NCBI GenBank assembly: GCA_000320545.1
Contig: ADNK01000414.1
Span: forward strand, 1 to 64,000
Direction of reading: 5' to 3'
From: Bigelowiella natans CCMP2755
Lineage: Eukaryota; Protista; Cercozoa
Length of the DNA: 64,000 bases
Both the position numbers and the translations under genes were made by a program. The notes below the pieces were generated by a model, which was not told the origin of the DNA, did not search any database, and saw only the letters and a program-made list of their open reading frames with translations. Positions 50,701-64,000 of the stretch are shown in pieces (positions within the stretch are counted from its first letter, which is position 1; each line of letters begins with the position of its first letter).

Positions 50701-53150
50701 CCTCAGCCTAACGAAGACGGCATTATTGGGGGATTCTGCCGTGAGGACGAGCTTCGATGGTCGCAGCGGCTTGCAGCACAGAGGGTCAAGGAACAGCTCC
50801 ACTTGCGAGGAGAGTGTGGTTCTTACGCGGACAACTACGGGTTTCTCGTCCGTCTCCGCCCGCCGGCTCCTTATAGGGATCCGTACCACTTTCATCTCTT
50901 CCTCAACTAGCGAGAAGGCCACACTTCCGACGTCAATTACCCCGTGGCTGGGAACCCCAGGAAATGCGAGGTACTTTGGCCAATCGAGCTCCGCCTTCAC
51001 CATCAACTTATAGTACAATCCGGAGGAGAGCAACCGTGGCCAAGCTTGCTGCTTGAGTCGCGGTCCTCCTCCTCCTCCTCCTCCTTTGCCGATTGAAGAC
51101 GACGACACAGGAAGGACGCTGGTACACACCAGATAGCATGGCACTGAAATAGCTGCTGGAGTGCCAGGGATCTTACGGAACTTGATATGTAGTGATGGGT
51201 GGTAGTTGTTGTTGTTGCTTCCTCGTGTATCATCTCCTTCTTTCTCTATTTTATGATCGCCTCCCTCTCCCCTTCCTCCTAATTCCTTCCTCGCCATCTT
51301 TATGGACGCGAATGCCTGGACAGAATTTCCTTGTGGTACGACGAAGACTGATAGATGATGATTGTCAGCATCGGCAGCAGCAGTAAACTTACAGAAGGGT
51401 GAATGCCTAAGCTGTGGGAGTGGTGCGTAGGTCTCGAAACAACCGTTGAAATCTGTTGTAATGCAGCCCAAATTTATAGTGGAAGAATGCCTTTGCTGTT
51501 GATGATCACAAGCCACATTATTTTCGAGCCTCCCACTTAACGCAACAGTCGTTGCTGCTGCATCGTTTAAGAGTAATCTGCACTCGTGTGAAGAAGACCT
51601 TACTACTCGAAATAGCATGGCTGGCTGCTGCTGCTGTGGTTGAGCAGTATGCTGTTCTCCTCCTCCTCCTCCTCCCATCGCTGATTCCTCCCCTCCTTCG
51701 TCCACAGTCATGATCAAATAGCCAATGACATTGGCTGCTGCTGTTGCTGTTCCTGCAAACTTTGTTTTCTTCTCTGCCTTCAACCGATTTTGTAGCATCC
51801 ATTGCTGCTGCCGCTGTAATGCAGAGCTGTTGTTACCGCCGCTGCTGTTATTGTTGTTGTTATCTGGCCTCAGGTGACAGAAAACCCTTCTGACCGAGTT
51901 TCCACGAAGTTTGACTGTGATACTGTTTGCCGTCCATCTGAGTGTTTTCTCCACCAGAAACCACATGGAAGAATCCGGCGATGATGCTGTCGATGATGCC
52001 TTTGGCGGTGATTGGGACGGCGATGGCGATGGCGATGGCGGCACGATTTCTCCCTCTTGCGGAGATGAGGGAGCGGAGCCGGGTAGAAATGCTGGGGTTC
52101 CTGGCGTCAAGGGAGGCTGCTGCTTTTGCTGTTGTTGTACCTGGTCTTGGTCCTGCTGCTGCTGCCGCATATTTATAGTCGGCGCTGCGTGAACGAAGTT
52201 AACGGTGACAGCTAGCGAACGCGACATCGTAGAGCGTACCAAAAATTCAGCATGCAACATTCCTTCATCCCCTGCTTCCAGAGGAGCGTACTGATGCTGC
52301 TGCTGCTGGTGGTGGAGGTGGTTGGAAGGGGCTTGATGTTGGGGCGGTGGTGCAGCAGTAGTAAAGAGGAGTTGTTTGATGATAGCACCAGCATCATCCC
52401 TATTATCGACGGGGATCATTACTATATCTTGGATGGCCGTAGAAGCCTTTGGAGATGACGGAAGAAGAAAAGAAGAAAGGTGCTGATGCTCTTGCTTTTG
52501 CTTCAACTCCGGTTGTTGTTGTTGTTGTTGTTGTTGTTGCAAAGATCCCGCTGGCGTATTATTGACATGTCCATCAGAAGCATCCGTCCCCCCCCCCACC
52601 ATCATCATCGCATAGGGTTTCTTAGCAGTAGAATGGCGATGCAGGTGGTTCTGCTGTTGGTGCTGCTGCTGCTGATGATAGCGTGTCGAGGATGACGGGG
52701 AGAACCGCACCGGTATGGACACCATCACGGGACTGCTTTTCGGCCTGAGCGAGGCAACCGAAGAGAGAGCGATCGTCATGTTGCTAGAGGTACTGGATTT
52801 GAAATAGTTTGGAGAAGGAGGAGGAGGAGAAGGTGTCGTAGCCATTCCTTGCCCGTTCTAGCAGAGAGCACCACGGAAAAGCAAGGATAGCAAACAAACA
52901 GAACGCACAGCAAATTAAAATCAGATATAGCCCCGACATTCCAACCACTCTGGAAAAACAGAATACGATTCTCTACATCTATGGCCGCGAGAAGCCGCTG
53001 TGGCGGAATTATAATAATCGGCCACGTGTTGAAAATTTTATAGGGATATCATCATCTACAAATGTAGTCACTTAACCACAAAATAAAATGACTTCTTTCT
53101 GCCTCCGGTGGGTGGAGAAACCACATCAACCCGCACATAAAACTGTATGC

Positions 53151-53218
<68 letters not shown>

Positions 53219-56200
53219 CACATACATCTTCAAAGAGGCTCGGGTTGTATTCATCCATTGTCAGCTCCGTAGGTTCGCTGTGAAATGAGGAGACTGGCGA
53301 TAACGACGGTGCTATTCCTGCAGGAGGGGGAGTGGTGGAGGTGGGTGGGGAGGGGGGACTCGGTACGCTTCTGCTTAAATGGCGGTTCTGGGAATGAAAG
53401 TGGTTGATGCCCTTTGACAAAGCACTTGGGATTATTCTTTTCTTTTCTCCGCCGCCTCCGCCGCTAGAAATATCGACCTGTAGCACGCTTCCTCGTACAG
53501 GCAGTTTTTGGGGGGAGGGCGCGATGATTTGCAATGGCAGTGCTTTTGAGGAAAGCGACGAAACATCCTTGAGAAAGTCACGTACAATGCCATGGGCTTG
53601 TGAGTTGCTAGATGGGAACGATGAAAGAGGCGGAGGCGGAGGCGGAGGCGGCGGCGGCGGCGGCACGTCCATCTCCCCCTCCTCCTCCGGTTGTGAGGGT
53701 AAATGATGATGGTAACGATGATGGTAGTGCTGGTGGTTATGAGTATGCTGCTGCGGGGAACGACGATGGTGAATGTTATAACTAAATGAATCACTATCTG
53801 CAGAAACTGGGGAGTTTTGGGACGAAGTTTCGTAGGTTGAGGCGGCGGAAGAATTTGGTCTGCTCTTCTGCGGTATCACAATACGCAGGCTATTCTTTGC
53901 CCCCCCATCCAGAGATTCGCCGCCGTTTGGGCCCGTAATTTTTTTGGTGTTGCTGGTGCTGCTGGTGCTGCTGGTGCTACCGCGCCGCTTTACAAATTTC
54001 GTCAACATGCTAGTACTACTACTGCTACAAGTACTACTGCTACCAGCTGCTGTTGTAGTGGGGGGTGGCACTCGAACACAATACTTAATCTCCTTAGCGG
54101 CATCAAGATTTTTCTCCTCATGGACTATCATGAGCCCTTCATAGGTCCTCATCACCAAACTTTGATCTGTGTGCCGCTGTCCCTCCATCATAAGCTTACG
54201 GATGTTTGATGACGAGAAGGAGGAGGTCAGCGCAGAGTGAGCGGGCGGGTAGATGGGAGAAGACTTTGCTGATGATGGAGAGGATGGTAACGACGATATA
54301 ATCTGATGTAGCTCAACATAGGCCTCGATCACTTGGATTGCGCTCGGGGGAAGCGTGAAGGAGATCTTATTCTCGTATATGTTCTTGTCACCGTTCTGAT
54401 CTTTCTTCTTCGTCTTCTTCTTCTTCTTGTTGTTGTTGTTCTTCTTCTTTGACTGTTGCTGGTTGTTACTTGCTGGTGCTGCTATCCCTGCAGTACCAGG
54501 CTCGGCACCAGCCGCTGCGATGATGCCGCCATCGTCGTTATTCCCCTCGCTTATTCCGCTACGAAGAACCCTGCCTTCCTCCGCCTCCTGTGCAGCCAAT
54601 TCAAGGAGGCGTTTTTCAATCTTCTTCACCTTCTCTTTTTTCCGTTTTCGCAGAGCGACTCGAAGCTTGAGCTGCAGCTTCTCTATTTCTTCTTCCCTCA
54701 GCATGGTCTCATGCGCGGAGGCTGTCAGGTGCTTCTGGCCCATCCTGAAGAAAACTCTTGCCCGAACATGCTGATTTGGAGGATGCGGCGAATTTGATAT
54801 ATTGTCTACTTCTCGGTTGTGCTTCTTCTTCTTCGCTTCCTCCTCCCACCCCCCAAACATACTGCCACCACCAGAAATGCTTCTCTCTTCCTCGTCCTCC
54901 CCCCCCTTTTTCAATCTAGCTCCACCGCCCCCCCGACGATGCTGAGGGTGGGGTTGCTGCTGCAGCTCCGAAGAGACCATTTTCAGACGATTCTCGCGGC
55001 CGATGATAACGAACCGCCTTTCTCGGTTTGTCACGTTTTTCACCAAGATTCTCTGAACGTTGCTGCGGCTCTCTATGCAGCACTTGCCGAAATCGAGCCT
55101 GAGCCGCTGTATCCAGAAGTTCTCCCTCTCCTTCACACTCGCTTTCACGTTGAGGATAGCACTCCCGCACTCGGGATTCAGGATGTTGACGAAGCGGATG
55201 GTCTCCCGGAACTTTCCGGGAAAACTGGGCGAAAACTCGAACGGAACTTCACACTCTGCCATTGGATTCAAAATGCCGCCCACACTCAGGGCGTTGGGAA
55301 ACTTGACATCTGAAGAAGATATCGACCCTGACTTTTCTATGCGGAAGAGAAGTGGGCTGTCGCAGGGGTTCTGCAGCTGCAGCTTGCGTTTGCGTACACC
55401 TGCGCCGATGCCTTGAATCTCTCCAAAATGAAGGTTGGTTTGGGAGAGCGTGGCGATGGAACGGCAAACTTTCGTCTGGAGCGGGATCATCAGCACCGGA
55501 GCGTCACCACGGTGATAATAATTCTCCAATCGACGCTGAATGCTGTCTCTCTTGTTCGGGGGCAGAGGTGGGAGTTGTTGTTGTTGTTGTTGGTACTCTT
55601 TCTTGTTGGAAATGTAAGGCTTATGCTTCTCTTGCTGCTCTGTTAGGCTTTTCTCCGTCGGTCTTTCGACTACTACTGCTAGATTTCTCCGCAATGGCTG
55701 AACCAAGGAGGACGAGGAGGAGGAGGAGGAGGAGGAAGATGATTCTGCTGATGCAGATGCTGATGGCAATGATGATGATGGTGACGAGGGCAGTCCATGC
55801 TGCAGAGAAGGGTGTGCATGCGACGTTGGTGGGGAAGATGTTGAACCAGCAGTAGCTGGAGAAGTACCAATAAGTAATCCATTGCTGCTGCTGCTGCTGC
55901 TGCTGTTGCTGTCGGTAGCGTTCATTCTCGCTGATGAAGCTTTGTTGACAGCTGCTACACCCATCATATTCTTCTTCTTCTTCCTCCTCCTCCTCCTCTC
56001 ATCTTTCGCATCATCATCATCATCATCATCGTCACCACCACCACCACCACCCAACGCCTGGCTGGTCTCCATCAGTTGATGATCCAAAGAGGTATCACCG
56101 TCCCTCGCACTGAGAAGGAGGCTTTTGAGCAGGGATTTATCATAATCAACCATGCGGATGGATATCGAGCCTTTCGCATTCCTGAAACGCCGGCTGATCC

Positions 56201-57133
56201 AAGACACCTCGCCCTGCATGCTGTACACCGCAAACACCCGCACCTTCTGATCCCCCGGCAGCATCACTCGACATGATGATGATGATGATGACGACGACGA
56301 AGCTAACGATGATGATATCGGTAGAAGCTCTCTCTTCTCAATCGATTCTGCAATCCGCCGCTGTCGTCTTAGCTCGCGGTCTACCAGCTCCTGATCAGAG
56401 CTAGGATCCAGGGCGTTTGGAGGCCATCCTTGGTGCTCGATGCTGCTCTCATCCGTGGTGGAGAAGACATCATTACAAATCTCTTCCTCCAGTATCTTGC
56501 TCAGCTTGCTTTTGTCGCCGCTTAAAGACCCGATGTCATTCGCGGCTACAGAAGAGGATGCTGATGATGATGACCGCTTTCGACCATAATTGTTGCTGGG
56601 TTGGAGGTGGTGAAGGTGCTGCTGATGATGATGGTGTTGAGAATTCTTATGAGGCTGCTGCTGCTGCTTTTCGTCAGTTGGCTGCTCCTCTATCATCTCT
56701 TTCTGCGTCCAGTGAAGATACAGTGATATGTTATGCGGATGTGACACCTGATAGCACAGCCAGAGCATCATGCTGTTAGTGCGAGCCCAAAGATCATCAA
56801 ACAAACATCAACCTACAAAGACTACTACTACTCGGCGCATTCTGTATATGCATGCAATGCTCAATAGGGGCGGCGGTGGGGATATTAACCGACAAATGTA
56901 AGTTATAATCTTAGTTTGCGACTAGAAAAACGCCCTCATCTTGTTCTTGTTCTTGTTGTTGTTCTTCTTCTATTACTACTACTACTACTACTACTACTAC
57001 CGCGAAGGACAGCTTGAGTGTGGAGCTTCTTGTGTTTTGAAGTGTGAATACCCGAACCGAGGGACATGACGACACCAAAGCACCTATATTGTGTGTATGC
57101 CGTTTATGCAAGCACATATATGTGTACACATGT

Positions 57134-57165
<32 letters not shown>

Positions 57166-58698
57166 TGATTTATTTAGCAGCTGCAACTAATGATGATGAT
57201 GATGGTGGGATGAATATGTTTTTTTTCGAAAAAGACAGAGATGGAAGGAATAGCACACCGAAATTGAGGCAGTTGGCTAGTTTTGAAGAAGGCGGCGGGA
57301 TGAAACGGAGGTAGTAGGAGGGTAATAGCGCAATCTTTGAGGGAATGATTCGTGCCCTGAAAGAGAAGAAACAAGAAGAAGAAGAAGAAGTAGAAAAAGA
57401 GAAGAATAGAAGCGAAAAGCAAGAATAAATCTTTTGGCAGCATGGATAGAGTAACACCAACATAGTAGAGTAACTTTTTATTCGTCGTCGTCGTCGACGT
57501 CGTCATCGCTATTTTTCGTCTCGTGGATGAGCTGCTGACCTCACGATTATTTTTTGCACTGGGTGCGTGGAAACATGCTGATGGTGAAAATGATGCTCTG
57601 CTCGCCGTCTCGCTCCAACGCGGCGATGATGATGATGATGATGACGACGACGATGATGATGATGATGATGATGGCGAAGATGACGATGATGATGACGATG
57701 AAGACTCTTGCCGATGTTGTCCTTCGAGTCCGAATTATGGCGAGCATCGTTGTTGTGATGTTCCTGCTCTTCGTCCATCATATCGTCATATACAGGGTCG
57801 TAGGAAAACGTGGACTTTGAATCCTAAAAGACAACATATGTAACATCAGCACCATTCTTGCTCGAATAGAGAGGCATGCATACTCCAACGCGGCGCTTTA
57901 AGCTTAAAAAGGGGAGAAAAGTGTAGTTTGCAGAGTTAGTAGTCGTTGTGAGGAGGAGGATATTTATCTTTCCGAATTTTATATGTTTGTTGCCACCGCA
58001 TATTCCTTGCAGCTTAGATTTCGAATCAGCACCTTCGAGAACAACAACAACAACGAAACAACAACCAAACACAAGACGAGGACGGAATATAAGATCAGAT
58101 GTACATCAATAAGAGCAACAATGGGCCCGAATAATATTAACGATCGTAAACGAAGACGATGCTACAAGTATCATAGATGCTGTTTGTTACTAAGAATGGT
58201 TGACATGTTTTTGGGGTATTTTTCTATAATGTTTTGTGTATCATCATAGCATTGATCTTTCTGTTGTAATACCTCCTTCTGATAATCTGGATTCACTTTG
58301 CCTAGTCATGCATGATGGGGATAGACAGTTCAAAAGAAGAAGAAAAAGAATGATGACAATGACGACAATGACGACAATGAACAAGACCACTTTCAAATCT
58401 TCTTCTGCTCACATGTACATCGACGTTATCAGCAGCAGCCAAGAAAGGAGAGAGGGAGATAGCAAGGGGGGGGCAACTTACGAGGCACAAACACGACTTT
58501 GATTCTTCGAAATCCACGGGGTGGTACGATGTAGCCACCGCCCCCCCCTTTTCCTTTTCCTCCTCCTCCTCCTCCCTCTCCGTCACCGCCCTGAGGAACA
58601 CTCCCAAGATGGTTGTCTTGCTCATCTATGGGGGTGGTTAGACAACGAGAATGTAATCGTAGTTGCCGTTCATGTAATCATATAACGCAACACACACA

Positions 58699-58752
<54 letters not shown>

Positions 58753-59360
58753 GGGAGGGGGGAAAAGAACTGATATGTTCACTAATATATATTATGCGGA
58801 TGGGGGAGTTGTCATCATCATCATCATCATCATCGTCCTTTATCATCGTCATCGTCGTATTATTACTAAAAGACAGGACCTTTACTTGCTACAGAGCGTG
58901 ATGACACTACCCCCGCTAAGTAGAGCACAAAATTGGCGTTGATGATGGCGACAATCGTAGACATTTATTCGTTTTCTTATTCGAGAGAGGAAGGCGGGAA
59001 ATCGATTGGGACATGACATCTTCATTGCGTTCATATATTCTCAATTGAATGATGATGATGATGATGATGCATCATAAAGCACTTCGTCTACCTGCTATGA
59101 GATGGCGGCGATGCTGACGTGACGTTGTCGGCTCATCCATCACGTAGCACGTGACGCACTTCGATGTGTACTCTAAGTCAAATCTATACAGCCAAAAGGA
59201 AAGAGCAAAGCAACAAGCGATTGGCTAAAAATGTCGCACACTTCTTCCCATTAACATACATGGCTGTGCTGTAAGGCAACTTCCTCCTTATCCTCTTCTT
59301 ACGTCGTCTTCGTCATCATCGTCATCATCATCATCATCATCATCATCATCGTAGTAGTAT

Positions 59361-59393
<33 letters not shown>

Positions 59394-59679
59394 CACATAC
59401 CTTGCAGGAATATCACACGGATTTACAATAGAGAATATTCCTCGCTCGAGGCCGCCTACGACAATGCAAACCAAACAAAGAAGTACAAAGACAAACAACG
59501 GTCAGCTATCTCTTCAGCATCTTTCTTTTAGGAGGGAGGGAGGGAGGGAGGGAATGCTACTACTCCCCGTTTGCCGACACATCATCGATCGTCATCATTC
59601 AGTTGCTGCATATATCAGGTGAGATTATTCATTCTTCTCTCTTGTGAGAGTTCCTTCTCCTCCCCATGATGCTACTAGT

Positions 59680-59715
<36 letters not shown>

Positions 59716-60518
59716 GTAACCATTACTTATTGCTACTACTGCTGCTGCTGCTGCTGCTAGTACCAATATGCACATCTCCAAAGCGAACTTCCTTTTGTGA
59801 AATTACTAGTCTGCTGATGCGAACCTACTCGAATGCACGACGATGATGGTAATGAGAATAATGATGATGATGATGATGATGATGGTGATGAGGATGCGAA
59901 ATATAATGGTGATTGTGGCGATAGCTCATCATGATAGTGATGAAAATCACAAAGTCGCTCTCCGTGATCCTCTTTCTCTGTGTTCCTTCATGATTTACTG
60001 ACCGTGGCTCGTGCCTCAACAACCACAGAGCTCCTGTAATACCCTCTCCCCCCCCCCCCCCCTCCATCTAGTAGTTCATTTCTCCTGTCTTTCCCAGTCA
60101 GCCTCATCTTGTCCCTTCTAGCACTTCTCGAGCCTGCTTCTCCATTGGCGCTGTCACCATCTTCCCCCTGGTGGCCATCTGCAGCTGCATCCCGCATATC
60201 GTGATCTTCGTTGTCACCATCATCGTCCTCATCGTCTCTTTCAGAGCCGTGACCCTTTCCGTCGTATTGCTGCTGCAGCAGCCGGAGGTCAATCGCATGG
60301 AAGGTCAGATAAAACGACCTGATATATGTCACACAGTGGATATCGATCAGGACAGCAATGAACGATCATGATAACGTGAGGAGGGACAGTGATAAGTGAA
60401 AGTAGGAAGGGGGGGGTGCTGACTCAATCACACGTACAACTCAGAGGATATCACTACGAACACGATCATCGTTAAAATGGGCTGCTGTATCATATATTCT
60501 CGTGATCCATTCACTGTG

Positions 60519-60551
<33 letters not shown>

Positions 60552-60795
60552 ATATTGCTATGTTGCTGCTCTCTAGGACGACTACTACTACTACTACTAC
60601 TGCTACTGCTACTACCGTTGTGATATTGGAGAAGGAAGGGCAGAAACACGAGTAGTGTTGAATGCCGTGCTGCCCGTTGTGAACGATGGATTCGAAATTT
60701 GCAGAGATTCTCTCGAAGACGACTCGAAGGGGCAGTAGATTATGCACAGCTTCTCACTGAAGGAGTATCAATACATATTCAGTATATATAAAATT

Positions 60796-60841
<46 letters not shown>

Positions 60842-61072
60842 TATATTTATGATATTATATCATTCGTCATTGAGACAAATCAAAAACAGGATAATCACCT
60901 TTCACCAGGCCCAAGCTGAAACTTAGCAATGCTGTTCCTGCGAGATGATTATGATGATGATAACGATGATGGTATATCCATACTCAATTGAAGCTTTAGT
61001 CAAGGTGTTCAGAGATTGTGAAATAGCTTTGTTTGCTCGCGCGCGCGCGTGTACATCGTGCATGTGCATGTG

Positions 61073-61112
<40 letters not shown>

Positions 61113-62247
61113 TGTGTAGGTGTGCATAGATATGTGCAAGTGACCTTGGGATGATTCCTGAGTTCGCTTGCTGAGATCTTCGAGCAGCACTGTACGTCTC
61201 AATGAAAACCCGGTCTTTATTCATGTTGCCCCCATCCATCAACCCAGCCACCAGCACCTATGGAGAGATAGGAGTGAAAGGAGGAGGAGGAGGAGGAGGA
61301 GGATCATGATAATGACAATGAGGAGGATCAATACTAAGCAAAACGTAAGTCGGAAAGAGTTGCTGTCAGCACCACCTTAACAGCATAGCTTTTTGGATTA
61401 TTCACAATCACGATCTGTGTGAGAAAACAGGTTCTCAGTCATAGAATTCTCTGGCTTATGCACTCATTCTCTCTCCCTCCCTTCCTTCCTCCCCCCTCCA
61501 CCTAGTTAATTGATTATTGAATATCAACTTGATAGTGCGACAGATATCAAGCATGATATAAAAAGAGAAGATCAATCGCTGAAACATCGATGATGCTGGC
61601 TGCTGTGCCTGAAAACCTACCGACGATTTCTGTTCAACTAATGAAATTCTCAGGAAATATGTAAAATCCTCTTCTATCATCATTCCCTCATTGACAATAC
61701 CCGTTTGGTCATTGAAAATGCGTAGCAATCCCCAAAATGGAGGTTCCGATTGAGCCCTCCTCCTCCTCCTCCTCCCCCTCCTATCTTTGTATATCCTGTT
61801 GCTGCTGCTGCCGACGCTAGCACGTCCCCCTGCAATTGCTCCATTTCCATCAGCATTAAGTCTCTTTCCCCCGGGAGAGGCAGAATCCCTACTACACCAG
61901 CACTTGCATTTCCTCCTCTTCTTCCTCCCGTACCCCCCCCTCCTGCTCTTCCTCTTCCTCCTCCTCCGTGTAAATGTTTGGTTTGCCCAAAAACTTGCAA
62001 TTCGGGCTGCTGCTGCTGGTGGTGGTGGTGGTGTGCATGCTGGTGCTGATGCTCTGGAGTAGCTGCTGCTGCCACCACATTCGCTACTATGCGGATACTC
62101 AAAGGCCTGGAACAAGTACAAAAACTGTTAGGGGAAGGGGGGCATGAATGTAGGATACCATCATCATCATAATCATCATCATATCGACCATGAAGGCTCA
62201 TTACATACAAACAAACAAACACACAGGCACGCACAAAGAATATAATA

Positions 62248-62287
<40 letters not shown>

Positions 62288-63682
62288 ATATTCTCTGTCT
62301 CTCTTTCTTCTTGGTTTCATTATTGTTGTTGCTGTAGCGAGTTGATGACGGACCTATCCCTTGCGTTGGCACTGTTCTCATTGATGATTCGTATCTACAT
62401 GATGAGAAGAAGAAGAAGAAGAAGGAGAGAAAGAGGAGATGATGCAAGAAGAGTAAAGTATATGTTCCCGAGTACATTTCAAAGCCTGTTAAATGTCTAC
62501 TGCACTTCTATCACTACTACATAATCATCACGACATAAATTGTACCACTCCCTCGTATCTTCCCGGTCTCGAGGTCCTAAAGGCGATGTGACACTTAAGC
62601 TTCGATTCCGCTCCGATAACTTGACAACCCCAGAGCCTGCAAGGAGAAGAATTGGAAGAACAAGAAGAAGAACAAGAACAAGAACAACAAGAAGAAGAAG
62701 CTATGTGCAGTATGTCGCGAAAGAAAGCCACTCTCGCGCTATTTCATGAGGGGGAAGGGGGGGGGGCAGACAGGGATCGGTGCAGATGTAAATGATCGCA
62801 ACAAAAGCCAACCGCCAAACCGTCGCACCTTCTCCCAGTTCTCGCATCACGGAAATCCACTGAAGATGACGACGCCTCTGCAGGGTCATTCCCTGTCGGC
62901 ACAGATGATGACGGCGGAAAAGCGATGGACACAGCTCTCCTCTCTTCGTTCGAGACTGTGTCAGAATCGGACACATGCCGATGATGCAGCTTTGGCAACC
63001 GCGCGACGAAAACTCCAGCCACTTGGCAGGGGTTGTGTATGATGACTTCCTAGAATGGTTGCACCCGGCCATGCATGCATGTGCGAAGATTAGATAATGA
63101 CGGTGATAGAGCATACGCACATCATCATCATCATCATTATCATCATCGCAATTCAACCCAACGCGTAAGTGTGACATGAACATGCTTTAATAAATAATAA
63201 GTATAATTAATACTGTTTGGCATCGTCGTTGTCGTCATCATGCATATGTGTGTCAACGATTCAACCAAAGATGACGATGATGACGACGATGATAATGATG
63301 ATGATCATCACCTGGATGTAGACTTCGTGGGTCTTACATTCCGAGAACAAAACTTGGTTTCGATTCTGATGAATCATCATCGTGGGAGTAGACATTAACA
63401 TACTTGTGTATATAAGTGATTATGTGGGTCAGAGAAAGAAAGGAAAAGAGAGAGAAGAGAGAGCTCATCTCCATTGGTGGTGGTTTCACAAGTTGGAAAT
63501 GCGTATGTACTTATTCTGTTCCTTCTTATTATCTTTATTCACAGTTACACTCTTTTTATTCTTCTTCTTCTTCTTCTTCTTCTTTTGTTTCTTCTTCTTC
63601 CTCTCATTCATGCGAATCGCACAAAAATCTAAAGCAGAAGTTGCAACAACAACTACAACTACTGCTACTACTTCTACGACTA

Positions 63683-63714
<32 letters not shown>

Positions 63715-64000
63715 CAGCGTCAAGATCGATCGGGATAGCATCACTCTTATCGGAATCTTAAGGGGCTGCAGGAACTCCTCATCTGTTTGCTCTTCGCCCA
63801 TAGAGCGGGCTCTCTCCTTGTTACTAGGGTTGTTTTCTTCACTTTCAGAGAAGAAGAAGGGCCGCACCATGATCTTTCCCTTCATGTCGATGGCATTGTC
63901 TGTCTCTCTGTAATTTGTTGCTCCTCCGTCATCACTCTCTCCAACTCCAGTACCATCTCCATCTTCCCCATCCACACTTTAGGAGAAAACAAGGCAAATT
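44777..64000 (-). CDS. Giant (>4000 aa) uncharacterised protein with repeated Ig-like (ASH/PapD-like) beta domains and homopolymer-rich insertions; 5' end outside the window
   Basis: The three long ORFs join in frame through GT-AG introns at 53225-52858 and 47024-46942. Conserved-looking segments include LSQTNLHFGEI...LQLQNPCDSPLLFRIEKSGSISSSDVKF, PFEFSPSFPGKFRETIRFVNILNP, LDFGKCCI...ILVKNVTNRERRFVI, EEEIEKLQLKLRVALRK and YDLGRIGY...IEMVNLSCVPATF. Many small upstream exons lie at 57-64 kb. Confidence 0.7.
56950..63715. repeat. Dense di- and trinucleotide microsatellites in the 5' introns and exons of the giant gene
   Basis: Examples: (CA)n(GA)n at 58690-58748, (CAT)n(TAG)n at 59312-59393, and (GT)n at 61075-61108. 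Confidence 0.95.

Noticed and set aside
44931-56779. Many plus-strand ORFs, such as 46314-47051
   Set aside because: They are antisense shadows of the giant gene's triplet-repeat exons.

Overview
This is eukaryotic nuclear DNA: intron-dense, GT-AG spliced and microsatellite-rich. It probably comes from an alga with a secondary green plastid (chlorarachniophyte-like). That assignment is inferred from the signal-plus-transit leaders on plastid enzymes and a chlorophyte-type plastid E3. Manual exon assembly gives nine protein genes in strictly alternating orientation: (-) an M16/stromal-processing-peptidase-like protein with a dead HXXEH motif (3' partial); (+) plastid ABC-F; (-) a type II membrane Pro-rich/coiled-coil protein; (+) plastid dihydrolipoamide dehydrogenase; (-) plastid CDP-DAG synthase; (+) OFCC1-like; (-) COMMD7; (+) a mucolipin/TRPML-like channel; and (-) a giant Ig/ASH-like protein rich in low-complexity sequence (5' partial). 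Three observations stand out. (1) Each of the four tail-to-tail junctions, and none of the four head-to-head junctions, is a 0.8-1.2 kb block built from short palindromes with shared motifs (CATGCTAGCATG, TCTAGA, GCTAGCTAG). (2) The E3 gene ends in a UGA-CUG readthrough context followed by 100 open in-frame codons that end in an amphipathic helix. (3) The M16 protein looks like a pseudo-peptidase. No RNA genes, CRISPR arrays or recognisable transposon ORFs were seen. All family calls come from recalled motifs, not database searches, and exon boundaries are manual.
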